DNA of 64,000 bases from a virus. Shown one piece after another: positions 10,118 through 19,360 of the stretch. Position numbers and translations under genes: made by a program. How positions within the stretch are numbered: the stretch's first letter is position 1; every line of letters starts with the position of its first letter. The notes below the pieces were generated by a model. That model did no database searches, was not told the origin of the DNA, and saw only the letters and a program-made list of their open reading frames with translations. Location of the stretch: positions 1-64,000 of IMG/VR virus record IMGVR_UViG_3300035670_000113; one strand, 5' to 3'.

Positions 10118-11107
10118 ATGATATTAGGAATTGATGTATCACACTGGGACGGAATTGTAAATTTTCAAAAAGCAATAGATGCTGGAGTTAAATTTGTAAT
10201 AATCAAGGCAATGGATGGAAAAGTAGAGACAAGATACTTTAGAGATAACTATGCTGGAGCTAGAAATGCTGGACTTATAGTTGGAGCATACCAGTGGTTA
10301 TACCCATCCAGCAAAATCAGTGCTGGAGGACAGGCAAGAGAGTTTATAAATCTTTTGAAAGGTTATCCAGTAGATATAGTTCCAGTTATTGACTTTGAGT
10401 GGACCAACTGGGGAGGTGCTCCAGCCAACCCAACAGAAAGCGACCTGAACGGTTACTGTGTTCCATTTGAGGCAGAGTATGGAACAAAGCCCATGATTTA
10501 TACTAGTGCCGGATACTGGAACCAGTACGGAAATGTAATGAATCAAGCATGGAAAGAATATCCATTGTGGGTAGCAAATTATGGGGTTAGTTATCCAATG
10601 ATACCAAGACCCTGGGACAGATTCAATTTCTGGCAGTTCTCGGCAAGTGGGGATGCACAGCTTTATGGAATTGACCCTAATGTAAAAAGAGCAGTGGATT
10701 TAGATTATTGGAACGGAACCTATGACGAACTTGTCAATTGGTGTAATTATGTTCCAGAAACAGGAGAAAATAATATGTACAAGTATTCAGCTACCATAGT
10801 AGCAGGAAAAGAATTTATTAATATTAGAGCTAGCAATACCATTGCTTCAGCAGATCTTGGGGACCTAGTAAATGGAGATGTTGCCAGAGGCGATGAACTG
10901 GTGGATTCCGCTAATGGAGACCAGTGGCTTCACATCAAGGAGACCAATAAACTAGGCCTAATAGATGGATGGATAGCGGTAAAGGTTGCTGGAGCTACAT
11001 ACAGTGTAGTTACAGTCAATACACCACCAGAAGCAGTAGAAACTATTACGTTCAATGTTACCACTTCCAGTGGAAAGACGGGAACAGCAACCATCGAACT
11101 AAAGTAG
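10118..11107 (+). CDS. Endolysin: GH25 muramidase plus C-terminal SH3-like domain
   Basis: GIDVSHW, GAYQW, IDFE, LWVANY, FWQFS, VDLD motifs of GH25. Confidence 0.9.
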   Translation: MILGIDVSHWDGIVNFQKAIDAGVKFVIIKAMDGKVETRYFRDNYAGARNAGLIVGAYQWLYPSSKISAGGQAREFINLLKGYPVDIVPVIDFEWTNWGGAPANPTESDLNGYCVPFEAEYGTKPMIYTSAGYWNQYGNVMNQAWKEYPLWVANYGVSYPMIPRPWDRFNFWQFSASGDAQLYGIDPNVKRAVDLDYWNGTYDELVNWCNYVPETGENNMYKYSATIVAGKEFINIRASNTIASADLGDLVNGDVARGDELVDSANGDQWLHIKETNKLGLIDGWIAVKVAGATYSVVTVNTPPEAVETITFNVTTSSGKTGTATIELK

Positions 11108-11114
11108 GTAGATT

Positions 11115-11888
11115 ATGAGTTACACAGTAAATGTATTCATACAAGATACCTATGAAGACCTGAATCTGTATGTTTTAAAGCATGACTTTGAATCACCAGA
11201 TTGGGAATACTTTCCAAGAGTATGGAAAGATGTAAAAGACCTGCCACCAGAAAGATGGTATGGTCTTCCAGAAACTGAGAAGTTTCTAATATCAGACTTT
11301 CTCTCATTGACACCTGCATGGCAAAACTTCTGGTTTGGCCTGATGGTACACCACGCTAGAGGCCTCAATATACCAGAAGATAGGATGAAGAAAGAGTGGG
11401 CCAGCCTAACAGATGGTAGAAAAGCCTTTACCAACAAGAATGGTTCAGAAGAGAAAGCTGATTATATCAACGGAACAAATCTTGATAAAGAGCCTATAAG
11501 AAAAGAAGGTTTAAGCACTTGTGGAAATATAGTAAAAGCCCTGGGGGACCCAGAGATAAAATCTGGTGAGTTATGGGTTCCAGTAGAGTGCATAAATTAC
11601 AACGATGCGCCACCTCAAATAGAGGCAGTGGCTGATTTACGCCACTTAGTTCATGCAGCCACAATATGCAGACCGGAGCTAATTGATGACACTAAAACAG
11701 AACTTGCCCCTAATGGTAAATTCAGAGTAAATCCCTTCCCTAATTATGACTCTGGCAATGGTTCTAGAGTTCCCTATGTACCAGTTCCTATGATAGCAAA
11801 AGGCGGAATAAACTGGATAAAACTATCCAGACTAAGAAAGTTAACACCAGGTGAGCGCATACCCTCCCCCTATGTACCTGAGCGTTAA
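11115..11888 (+). CDS. Hypothetical protein in lysis module
   Basis: 257-aa ORF between endolysin and holin-like gene. Confidence 0.6.
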   Translation: MSYTVNVFIQDTYEDLNLYVLKHDFESPDWEYFPRVWKDVKDLPPERWYGLPETEKFLISDFLSLTPAWQNFWFGLMVHHARGLNIPEDRMKKEWASLTDGRKAFTNKNGSEEKADYINGTNLDKEPIRKEGLSTCGNIVKALGDPEIKSGELWVPVECINYNDAPPQIEAVADLRHLVHAATICRPELIDDTKTELAPNGKFRVNPFPNYDSGNGSRVPYVPVPMIAKGGINWIKLSRLRKLTPGERIPSPYVPER

Positions 11889-11898
11889 GGAGATTATC

Positions 11899-12396
11899 AT
11901 GACAGAAAGAAAAGCCGGTAAAAGGAAATTGGATTGTATGACAGCAGACGAAGTAAAAGACTTGATAATAATGGCACTGCAGCCGCTGGTAGTACAGTTA
12001 ACTGATGCAATGGAACTGACAAAACAGAATGATAGAACCTTGAGGGGCAACAATGGAACCCCAGGAGTTTTAGCAAAACTGGACGTTGTAACCAATAAAA
12101 TGACATCCTTAGAGGAGAAAGTAGAAGAAGGGTCCAAGATGACCAGAGCTCTACAAGAATCCTTACAAATGCACGAAGATAAGGAATTCTCCTATCACGC
12201 AGACGTAAGTAAAAAGTTGGAAATATTGGAAACATTATTCACATCAGCTAACCTGAAGGCTAAAATACAAGAAGATAATAAGGATAATGCATGGCAATAC
12301 ATAGTAGAGAAGATGGTTTTCCCCATAGTAATACCAGGAATAGTTTTCATCCTATATACAGTCATGCCAAAGATATTCATTCTTCTGGATAAGTAA
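11899..12396 (+). CDS. Coiled-coil protein with C-terminal TM helix (holin-like)
   Basis: AAGGAG RBS before ATG 11899; hydrophobic MVFPIVIPGIVFILYTVM near the C-terminus. Confidence 0.5.
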   Translation: MTERKAGKRKLDCMTADEVKDLIIMALQPLVVQLTDAMELTKQNDRTLRGNNGTPGVLAKLDVVTNKMTSLEEKVEEGSKMTRALQESLQMHEDKEFSYHADVSKKLEILETLFTSANLKAKIQEDNKDNAWQYIVEKMVFPIVIPGIVFILYTVMPKIFILLDK

Positions 12397-12409
12397 ATAC
12401 CAGGACATG

Positions 12410-12437
12410 AAAAAGAGACCTTTTAGGTCTCTTTTTT
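12410..12437. terminator. Bidirectional intrinsic terminator ending the late operon
   Basis: AAAAAGAGACCT-loop-AGGTCTCTTTTTT. Confidence 0.8.
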
Positions 12438-12673
12438 ATTTAATACCGATATCGGCATATATAAAAAATAATTTTAAAAAATTTTTAACAATAACATCTT
12501 ATAATAAATGATTAATCACCGATATCGGACAATATTTTCAACATATGTGCTGCGTCTCTGGGGTACACACGGGGCGCATATCGTGTAGTAATCGGACAAT
12601 TTTTATCCGAATAGGGGGGGATTGCGTGTATGAATATGACAAACCTTACCCATAATGTCCTAATTAACTCTAT

Positions 12674-12705
12674 AAAAAAACGGGAGGGATTAACTCCCTC
12701 CCGTT
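12674..12705 (-). terminator. Intrinsic terminator of the inverted mini-operon
   Basis: A7-CGGGAGGGA-TTAAC-TCCCTCCCG; U-tract on the minus strand. Confidence 0.75.
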
Positions 12706-12711
12706 ATACCA

Positions 12712-12819
12712 TTAGAATTTCAATCCGTTGAAGAGCGTTGAAAATATCGGAGCAACTACCCAGTAATAAGCGGCAAGTCCGATGACGGCCACGAACAAAG
12801 CAAGCAAAAGTTTAGCCAT
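12712..12819 (-). CDS. 35-aa single-pass membrane peptide
   Basis: MAKLLLALFVAVIGLAAYYWVVAPIFSTLFNGLKF with GGAAGGA RBS; below the ORF-track size cutoff. Confidence 0.6.
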   Translation of the reverse strand: MAKLLLALFVAVIGLAAYYWVVAPIFSTLFNGLKF

Positions 12820-12877
12820 TGTAGGATCCTTCCATGTGCGGGTGAGGGAGGGGTATTGCCCCTCCCTCGATAGTTGA

Positions 12878-13303
12878 TTAGAATTCCGTGACAGAGGCTT
12901 TTTTATCGCCCGATCCCGTCACCTTGCCGTTTGCATCACGGGTGACAAACTTGTCAAGAGGCGTCACTTCAATTTCAGTGATACCCTCGATGGCAGATTT
13001 CAGGGCGACGGCCTGATTCGCACGGGCAAGCAATTCCTTGCGAGTCTTGCGATACATCACCTTCTTACCTTGCTCGGGATGCTCGAATTCGAATTCGAAC
13101 ACGTCACCTTCTTTGCCCTTGCTCATGGCGGTGATGATGGAGGGAGTGTCTTTGTATGCGCCCTCCGATGTGATTTTCATGTCCACAAGGCGGACCACGG
13201 CCGCAGGGATTGCGCCCGTCAGGGCGGTTCGTTTTGTGCCTTCAACTTTAACCAGTGTCCCGGTTAGGAAGATGATTTTACCGCTTTCAAGTGTTGCATG
13301 CAT
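12878..13303 (-). CDS. Hypothetical basic protein with atypically GC-rich codons
   Basis: GAGGA RBS before ATG 13303 (MHATLESGK); own promoter upstream. Confidence 0.7.
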   Translation of the reverse strand: MHATLESGKIIFLTGTLVKVEGTKRTALTGAIPAAVVRLVDMKITSEGAYKDTPSIITAMSKGKEGDVFEFEFEHPEQGKKVMYRKTRKELLARANQAVALKSAIEGITEIEVTPLDKFVTRDANGKVTGSGDKKASVTEF

Positions 13304-13525
13304 GATTATCCTCTTTTCTTTGTAACTATCCTCTTGCGTAGGATTAACTTTGTCCCTCACACTAGAGGGGTTAAGGTGTGTACTACGCTATTCAATTCCA
13401 CGGCCCGGTTTAGCAAAGACTCACCTGCCGTGCCTTCCCCCCATTTGCCGGTTCTCCCCTCACGCCCCGACCGTAGCGTAGACTTCCGTCCCGGTCCCCT
13501 TCCCCCTCACCCCTCAACAATGCCC

Positions 13526-13554
13526 ATTATAAGAGATGCCTCTCTCTGTGTCAA
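13526..13554 (-). promoter_or_regulatory. Sigma70-type promoter
   Basis: TTGACA-17 nt-TATAAT on the minus strand. Confidence 0.75.
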
Positions 13555-13885
13555 GAGGCAATTTACCTTAAATTTTCTATTACAAATGTTAAAGAATCTA
13601 TTACTTTCATAATTATAAGAATTATATGATTTATTAACATACTACACGAATGTTAATAATTATGATAAAAGTGACGTTTTTTAACGTTCGATTATGCGAA
13701 ATTGTATCATTGTACATCAACCTTAAAGAATCCCCCCACGCCTTGCAATGGGGGTATAATCACCCCTGAAATGGGCTTATAGGGCATGTGTGCTCCCTGC
13801 TACCCCTCTCTCTATTGTGAAATGTAGGTAAATGCGTGTCCAAATTAACCCAAAAAATCCGGTCTTCGGGTCCGAAGAGGATAAC

Positions 13886-14395
13886 ATGAATGACACAGAG
13901 TTACAAAATGAAGTACTTAAAGAGATGAAACGTCTCTTTGATGTATCCAGGGGTTGTGGACTCATTCCTGATGCTCCTGTAAAGGTTAGTGTACTATTTG
14001 ACCTCAGGGGACATACAGGCGGTTGGGCCATTAGACGAGGTACAGACCTCTCTATTAGGTTCAATATGGATATTCTCAGGGAAAATAGCCACTCATTCAT
14101 TCGAGAGATTGTTCCTCATGAGGTTGCTCACATCATTACCTACATCATGGGCCTGTATGATGCACATCATGGTAAAGAGTGGCAGGACGTTTGCTGGAAA
14201 ATTGGATATGCTCCAAGCAGGTGTCACAATTTTGATACTACTCCAGCCAGAAAAAGCTCACCTAGAAATACCAGAGTTTTGTGTGAGGCATCATGTGGCT
14301 GTCAAACCTATGTGAGTAGCATCACCCTCAAAAAGGTGAGAGTTTGGAAATGTGGTAAACACAATGTGGACGTTACCCTAACCCCGATCCTATAG
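13886..14395 (+). CDS. SprT-like zinc metalloprotease
   Basis: IVPHEVAH (HExxH), HGKEWQ, C-terminal CxC...CxxH; RBS supports ATG 13886. Confidence 0.85.
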   Translation: MNDTELQNEVLKEMKRLFDVSRGCGLIPDAPVKVSVLFDLRGHTGGWAIRRGTDLSIRFNMDILRENSHSFIREIVPHEVAHIITYIMGLYDAHHGKEWQDVCWKIGYAPSRCHNFDTTPARKSSPRNTRVLCEASCGCQTYVSSITLKKVRVWKCGKHNVDVTLTPIL

Positions 14396-14640
14396 GAGAT
14401 CAAAATGTGTGAAGAATGTGAATATCAGATTCTGGAAGAGGTTATGAGAATCCCTAGACACTTGGTCCGTGAAATCAGGGATGATGGGCGTGTTAAAAGC
14501 ATGAATGATGCAACAGATGTAGATGACCTCTATCTTGTTGCTGTTCTTTCAGGCGGAACCATGATCGACATTACAAAAAAGGTAATCTCTTTTGAAAGGG
14601 ATTACTTTATTATCAGCCAATACGTGAGAGGCGATCTATA

Positions 14641-15198
14641 ATGGACACCACAGATAAAACAGGTATTCCATACCCTGAAAATGGTTTTTCATTTGAGCAG
14701 TTTGCTGCTCTGAAGAATGTCTTAAAACCAGGACAGGCAGTAAAAATTCAGATGCAGACTGATGGTAGTCTGCATATCTTTTTCGAGCACAAAACGGGAA
14801 AAAAGACACAGTCTACCAGACTCAGGAACGATCTGTTTCTTAGGGACACCTATCAACCAGTGAGGGCTTCAGGCCTTTACATGGGAATCAGTGGAGGACC
14901 TGCTGATACCAGTGCGCTGGAATCAAGGAAATATAAAAAGCCTATTGATAAAAATAAGAGGCACGCCCACAAAATGGAGGTGGAAACTGTAAAATTTCTC
15001 GCTCAGGAGGCTATCTCGAGTGAGGAGGCTGATGTTAAACAGGCTGTAACTGGGTACGAAAGATTTTGGGTCAGAGAGTATTATTGTGGTGAACTGAAAG
15101 TTTTCTCACAACTATCTGACATTAATAAAATCATCAAGATCGAATATCATGGAAAAATGTACTACATGGACCAGGATGAACCTCTGGTATCATTCTAG
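14641..15198 (+). CDS. Hypothetical protein
   Basis: 185-aa ORF coupled to upstream 14405-14641. Confidence 0.55.
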   Translation: MDTTDKTGIPYPENGFSFEQFAALKNVLKPGQAVKIQMQTDGSLHIFFEHKTGKKTQSTRLRNDLFLRDTYQPVRASGLYMGISGGPADTSALESRKYKKPIDKNKRHAHKMEVETVKFLAQEAISSEEADVKQAVTGYERFWVREYYCGELKVFSQLSDINKIIKIEYHGKMYYMDQDEPLVSF

Positions 15199-15935
15199 GA
15201 TTAAGGAAAAAATGAGTAAACTTGATGAGATCACATTCTTCCTAAATGCTCTTGCTCTTATTTCTACGGATAAAACTTTAGAGGAGATCCATGGGATTAT
15301 AGTCATTTTCCCAATCTCGTGGGTGATGGAGGTAGAAGAGAGGGATTGCACTGGGATGGCAGACTATGTGAAAGATGTGTGGACACTACATTATCCGTTC
15401 CGTATTGATCTGTGGGTAAATTCTGATTTTGCTATTACTCTCTGGATGGAGAGTGATTAGTATCTGAAAAAGGAGATATAAAATGGATAGGCTTGAACGG
15501 AAGCACGTAAGAGACATGGTCAAGAGCGTACTTGGAAACGAGTACGTGACCGCAATGTGCAACTTTCTCGTAAGTTTCTCTCAGGGCACTTTCGGGACTG
15601 ATTACGAAGCTGCTCTGAAAAAGGTGTTCCTGGGAGGGTAAAATGTTGCACAGACAGAAACAGAGTTGGGGTAAGTGGCTGGTAAAGCTGATCCTTCTTC
15701 TTAATGCTGAGGGATTTGAGCTCAGTGATGTGTCTATGGGTAAGGTAAAGGGTCTCTTTGAGGCAGGGTTTAGTCCTAAAGAGGCGTTGCGAAGGCTGTA
15801 CATTTAACCTTCGAGTCGTATTGCCAGAAACGGCATAACTTTTCTATCCAAAAAACTCAAGATCTTATATCAGGCAGGTGTCCTGAGGAGGTGTGACATG
15901 TAAAATATATCTAAATAGAAAATATAAGGATCTGA

Positions 15936-15962
15936 AAAGGCACTCTGAAAAGAGTGCCTTTA
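15936..15962. terminator. Intrinsic terminator
   Basis: AAAAGGCACTCT-GAAA-AGAGTGCCTTT. Confidence 0.7.
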
Positions 15963-15984
15963 CCTTTTAATAGAGGCTATAATA

Positions 15985-16446
15985 ATGGATAAAATTAAAA
16001 TTCTTGGATCTGTTGCTGCTGGTGGAGTAGCACTAGGATTAGTAGGAGAAGTAAACTACTATCTGGTGCAAGAGTTCTCCAAAGAGGTAGCATCAGTTTT
16101 TATGTCACCTTTTCTGGAAGAGCCACTGAAAAGAGGTATTAATAAAGTTTCCGTGTTCAGTACTGTTATCTTTTCAGTGATTGAGAATATCCAGTACACA
16201 ACGTGGTCTGACAGGCCGCTGGAGACCTTTGTAGTAAGATGTTTACTCACAACTCCAATGCACATCATGTCATCGAAATATAAAATGTGGATCGGAATAG
16301 CATCTCACGTACTTTTTAACGCAATGGCAGTAAATCACCTGCCAGTGGGATTATTGGCAGTATTTGTTTACACTCAACTCGCCCTACATCTCTACAGGGC
16401 GAGAAAATTAAAAAGAATGGAGAAGGAAAATGTTTCAGACAGTTGA
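15985..16446 (+). CDS. PrsW-like intramembrane glutamic protease
   Basis: PFLEEPLK, FSVIEN, PMH and HVLFN motifs in hydrophobic helices. Confidence 0.65.
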   Translation: MDKIKILGSVAAGGVALGLVGEVNYYLVQEFSKEVASVFMSPFLEEPLKRGINKVSVFSTVIFSVIENIQYTTWSDRPLETFVVRCLLTTPMHIMSSKYKMWIGIASHVLFNAMAVNHLPVGLLAVFVYTQLALHLYRARKLKRMEKENVSDS

Positions 16447-16713
16447 GACAAAAGGGGTAAGTCGCCTCTATGCCAAACAGGGAAAAAGGCGTATGATGCT
16501 TCTCTGTGGGGCAAGTTTTGAGAAACTTGTTGCTGTACAGCACAAACTGAAAAAGGGACAAGAGTTCAGCGTTGGATTGCTGGAGGAAGGGGATATTCAC
16601 TTATTTACAGTGAGTATCGCTGATATCTGTGTCTTTCTTGATTCGGATAAAGAAAAGGCCGAGAGATTCTGTAATAAACTCAATGAAAGACTTAAAAGTT
16701 TTGAGAGGTAAAA

Positions 16714-17124
16714 ATGGATCTCGATACAGCATTAACAGAGTTGGGAAAGATTCCCAATATTAACTCTGGAGGGTGTGGTCTAGTTGCTTTAGCTCTGTAC
16801 AGAATGTTGGAGCGAAAACCAAAAATATTCGCAGTATACGAGTTTCCATCAGAGGTAAATAAGTGGATACCTTATCACTTATTTATTGAGTATGATTCCT
16901 CAGTAATTGATGCTGAAGGAATCTGGCATGATGGGTGGTATCCACATGAGGAGGATCTTTATGTGGCTGAGGAAAGTTTGGTAGTAGTAGAGATTGAAGA
17001 ATCTCTACTACTAAAAATGCTGAACGGGCAAACTCGTGGATCGTGGAATAGTATGTTTGAGCGTGAAAAATATTTCAGAAAAATTGAAGAGATATGTGGT
17101 GTATCTCTCTTGGAGGTAGTATGA
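16714..17124 (+). CDS. Papain/transglutaminase-fold protein (Cys-His-Asp)
   Basis: GGCGLVALAL...YHLFIE...IDAEG. Confidence 0.5.
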   Translation: MDLDTALTELGKIPNINSGGCGLVALALYRMLERKPKIFAVYEFPSEVNKWIPYHLFIEYDSSVIDAEGIWHDGWYPHEEDLYVAEESLVVVEIEESLLLKMLNGQTRGSWNSMFEREKYFRKIEEICGVSLLEVV

Positions 17125-17407
17125 ATATATACGTATGTGAATATTTTGCGGATAATGCTACAGGGCATGTCACATTCGTATGTGAGGAAGACCATCTTCC
17201 TCACGTGTCATTTCATGGGCTTAAAATCATTACAGATAAAGTCCAAACAGATTTGTTTAGGAGATACAAAAACGAGCATAAAGATTGTCCAGACTCTCCG
17301 ATTGATGGAATTTACATCCTTTTTAAAGGGATCTCAGAGAGACCCTACGTGAAATTTCTTGTAATAATGGATACATTCTTTTACCATGAAATCGAAGGAG
17401 AAATATC

Positions 17408-18187
17408 ATGCCATACTATCTAGAAAAAGAACCATATCTCCCAGACAGAATCAGGCACGGTTACTACGAGACTAAATGTGATGCATGCCAACAATACTTC
17501 TGTAGGAAGATCGACTCGATGAACTATATTGAGAAGTACCTGGATTTGATGTGCTGTCCTTGCTGTGGGTATGGAAATCGAGTACATAAAGAACGGGTAG
17601 AGGATAATAGTGCAGATGGTTATCAACCTCATGTCGAGGAGATCAAACCTGTCACATACGATGAAAAAGAATACAGCATGGGATTTGAGATAGAATTCTT
17701 TATTCCAGATCCAGTGAAAGATGTTGAATACATCTCCAGAGTTAGAAACCCAAAATACGACACTCTCGGATTTGATGGAGCGACACCCTTCATTAAAGAA
17801 TTCAGAAGTTTTCCTTGCTACTCTGATGACATTAGAACATTATTTGCTAAAGTCTCTCGTGAGTTGGACGAGACTGTACATGTAATCGAGGAATGTGGAG
17901 GTAAGTTGGCCCCCTATAAAATCTCTCTTTCAGGATTACTAACATTTGGAATCCATCTCTCGTTTGGAGGAGACCTTCTGGCTGGAACGTATGGTGATTA
18001 TATCCCTGAAGACACTATTTTGGGAGGTATTCTGGCACAGTTGAAAAAGAAAACTCCCTTCAGGATTGAAAGATATTTTGTTGATAAATTTCGATACCAT
18101 AGGGACAGGGTAGAGTTTAGAGGTTTTTCATCCTCTGAAAACTCAATTAAAATTATCACAGATTTCCTCAAGAATCCCTATTTATAG
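17408..18187 (+). CDS. Divergent COOH-NH2 ligase (amidoligase) with N-terminal Zn ribbon
   Basis: CxxC...CPCC; GFEIEF, DG..EFRS, GIHLS, RVEFRG. Confidence 0.55.
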   Translation: MPYYLEKEPYLPDRIRHGYYETKCDACQQYFCRKIDSMNYIEKYLDLMCCPCCGYGNRVHKERVEDNSADGYQPHVEEIKPVTYDEKEYSMGFEIEFFIPDPVKDVEYISRVRNPKYDTLGFDGATPFIKEFRSFPCYSDDIRTLFAKVSRELDETVHVIEECGGKLAPYKISLSGLLTFGIHLSFGGDLLAGTYGDYIPEDTILGGILAQLKKKTPFRIERYFVDKFRYHRDRVEFRGFSSSENSIKIITDFLKNPYL

Positions 18188-18420
18188 AAAGGAGAAATGC
18201 AATGGACCAACTAACTGTAGTGGCACTTCTTGTTGTATTTTTTATTGCTGGAATGGCATGTGGAATGTCCCTTGCTCTGCTGGTAATGCATATGTACAGG
18301 TAGTTTCTATATATCTGGCGACACCTGCCACCAAATGAGGACTCTATATCACCGAGGGTTCGGATTCGATATACTGATCTGATGGAAAGTGGTGTGACTC
18401 TAAGGGAGAGACCTTGGCCT

Positions 18421-18493
18421 GCCTCTCTAGCTCAATGGATAGAGCAACAGACTTCTAATCTGCAGGTTCAGGGTTCGAGTCCCTGGAGAGGTG
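18421..18493 (+). tRNA. tRNA-Arg(TCT), isolated copy
   Basis: Cloverleaf GCCTCTC/GAGAGGT; loop CTTCTAA; TTCGAGT. Confidence 0.9.
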
Positions 18494-18575
18494 CTAAGGC
18501 TTGAGGGGTTGCCATCTGGAAAACCTGCTCGCAGTAAACAAGAGTAGGAAATTGCCAACTGGTACAAGTTACATG

Positions 18576-18676
18576 TAATCTCAGTCGCACAATTGGTTAG
18601 TGCCGAGACTGTCCATAAGGTGGGCCAGTTTGAGCGGACATTCTTACCATGCTGGTTCGAGTCCAGCCTGAGATTA
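18576..18676 (+). ncRNA. tRNA-like RNA with the anticodon arm replaced by a long stem-loop
   Basis: ATCTCAG/CTGAGAT acceptor, GCAC-AATTGGTTA-GTGC D arm, GCTGG-TTCGAGT-CCAGC T arm; middle GAGA-C-TGTCC...GGACA-T-TCTT with a 21-nt loop. Confidence 0.75.
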
Positions 18677-18678
18677 TA

Positions 18679-18847
18679 GACAGGTGGTAGGTATTGGGGT
18701 CGGGAATACTGAGCCAACACTCCCCGACTCATAAATAGAGTGTAGGCTCATTGCTGTAAGGAGTCACAAGTAACAACATACACTTTACTAGTGACAAAAA
18801 CACATCTCATCAATCACAGTATACCACCATCCAATATACCACCTGTC
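18679..18847 (+). ncRNA. Structured RNA directly upstream of the DIP1984-like gene
   Basis: 11-bp terminal helix GACAGGTGGTA/TACCACCTGTC, internal hairpins, possible pseudoknot. Confidence 0.65.
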
Positions 18848-18862
18848 AAAAAAGGAGAAACC

Positions 18863-19360
18863 GTGAGTGCTAAACCTGTTACTATCATCCACCTGATCGA
18901 AGATATAAATGCTATGCCTAAGAGGATAGACATCCTGATGGAGTCTATCAAATCTGGGGCGTTTGAGTCCCCGATGACTGATGACATTCTGAGGCTGACA
19001 TCACTGATCGAGTCTCTTGGAAATTATAAGAATACCCTGGATACAGCAAACTCTACTATCACAGTAGAGTACAATGGCATTGTTTTAACTTTGTCAGAGG
19101 TCAGGCATCTCAGAGATTCTATGTTAAAGAAGAGTTCTGTTCTCGGCATGTTAGCCTCTTCGCAGAGGGAGAGAGAACGCAAGAATTTTGAAATTGGCTC
19201 AGATGGTGTACAGAGAACGGTGTACATAAAAGAGACATCCCAACTGGACTTTAAGAGGCTGAAAGCAGTGGCTGATGAGTGTGCTAAAGTGGCTAGAGAG
19301 TTGAACGAGTTACTTCAACAGACTAACTGGACCAAAAAAGTAGCCTTAATTGAAGCATAA
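18863..19360 (+). CDS. DIP1984/DUF6847-like coiled-coil protein
   Basis: AAAGGAG RBS before GTG 18863; AN..I..LTLSE...RD and RELNELLQQTNWT C-terminal signature recalled for this family. Confidence 0.6.
   Translation: MSAKPVTIIHLIEDINAMPKRIDILMESIKSGAFESPMTDDILRLTSLIESLGNYKNTLDTANSTITVEYNGIVLTLSEVRHLRDSMLKKSSVLGMLASSQRERERKNFEIGSDGVQRTVYIKETSQLDFKRLKAVADECAKVARELNELLQQTNWTKKVALIEA

Noticed and set aside
15435-15803. 122-aa minus-strand ORF or a non-coding gap
   Set aside because: Better explained by two short plus-strand ORFs with RBSs (starting 15483 and 15643)
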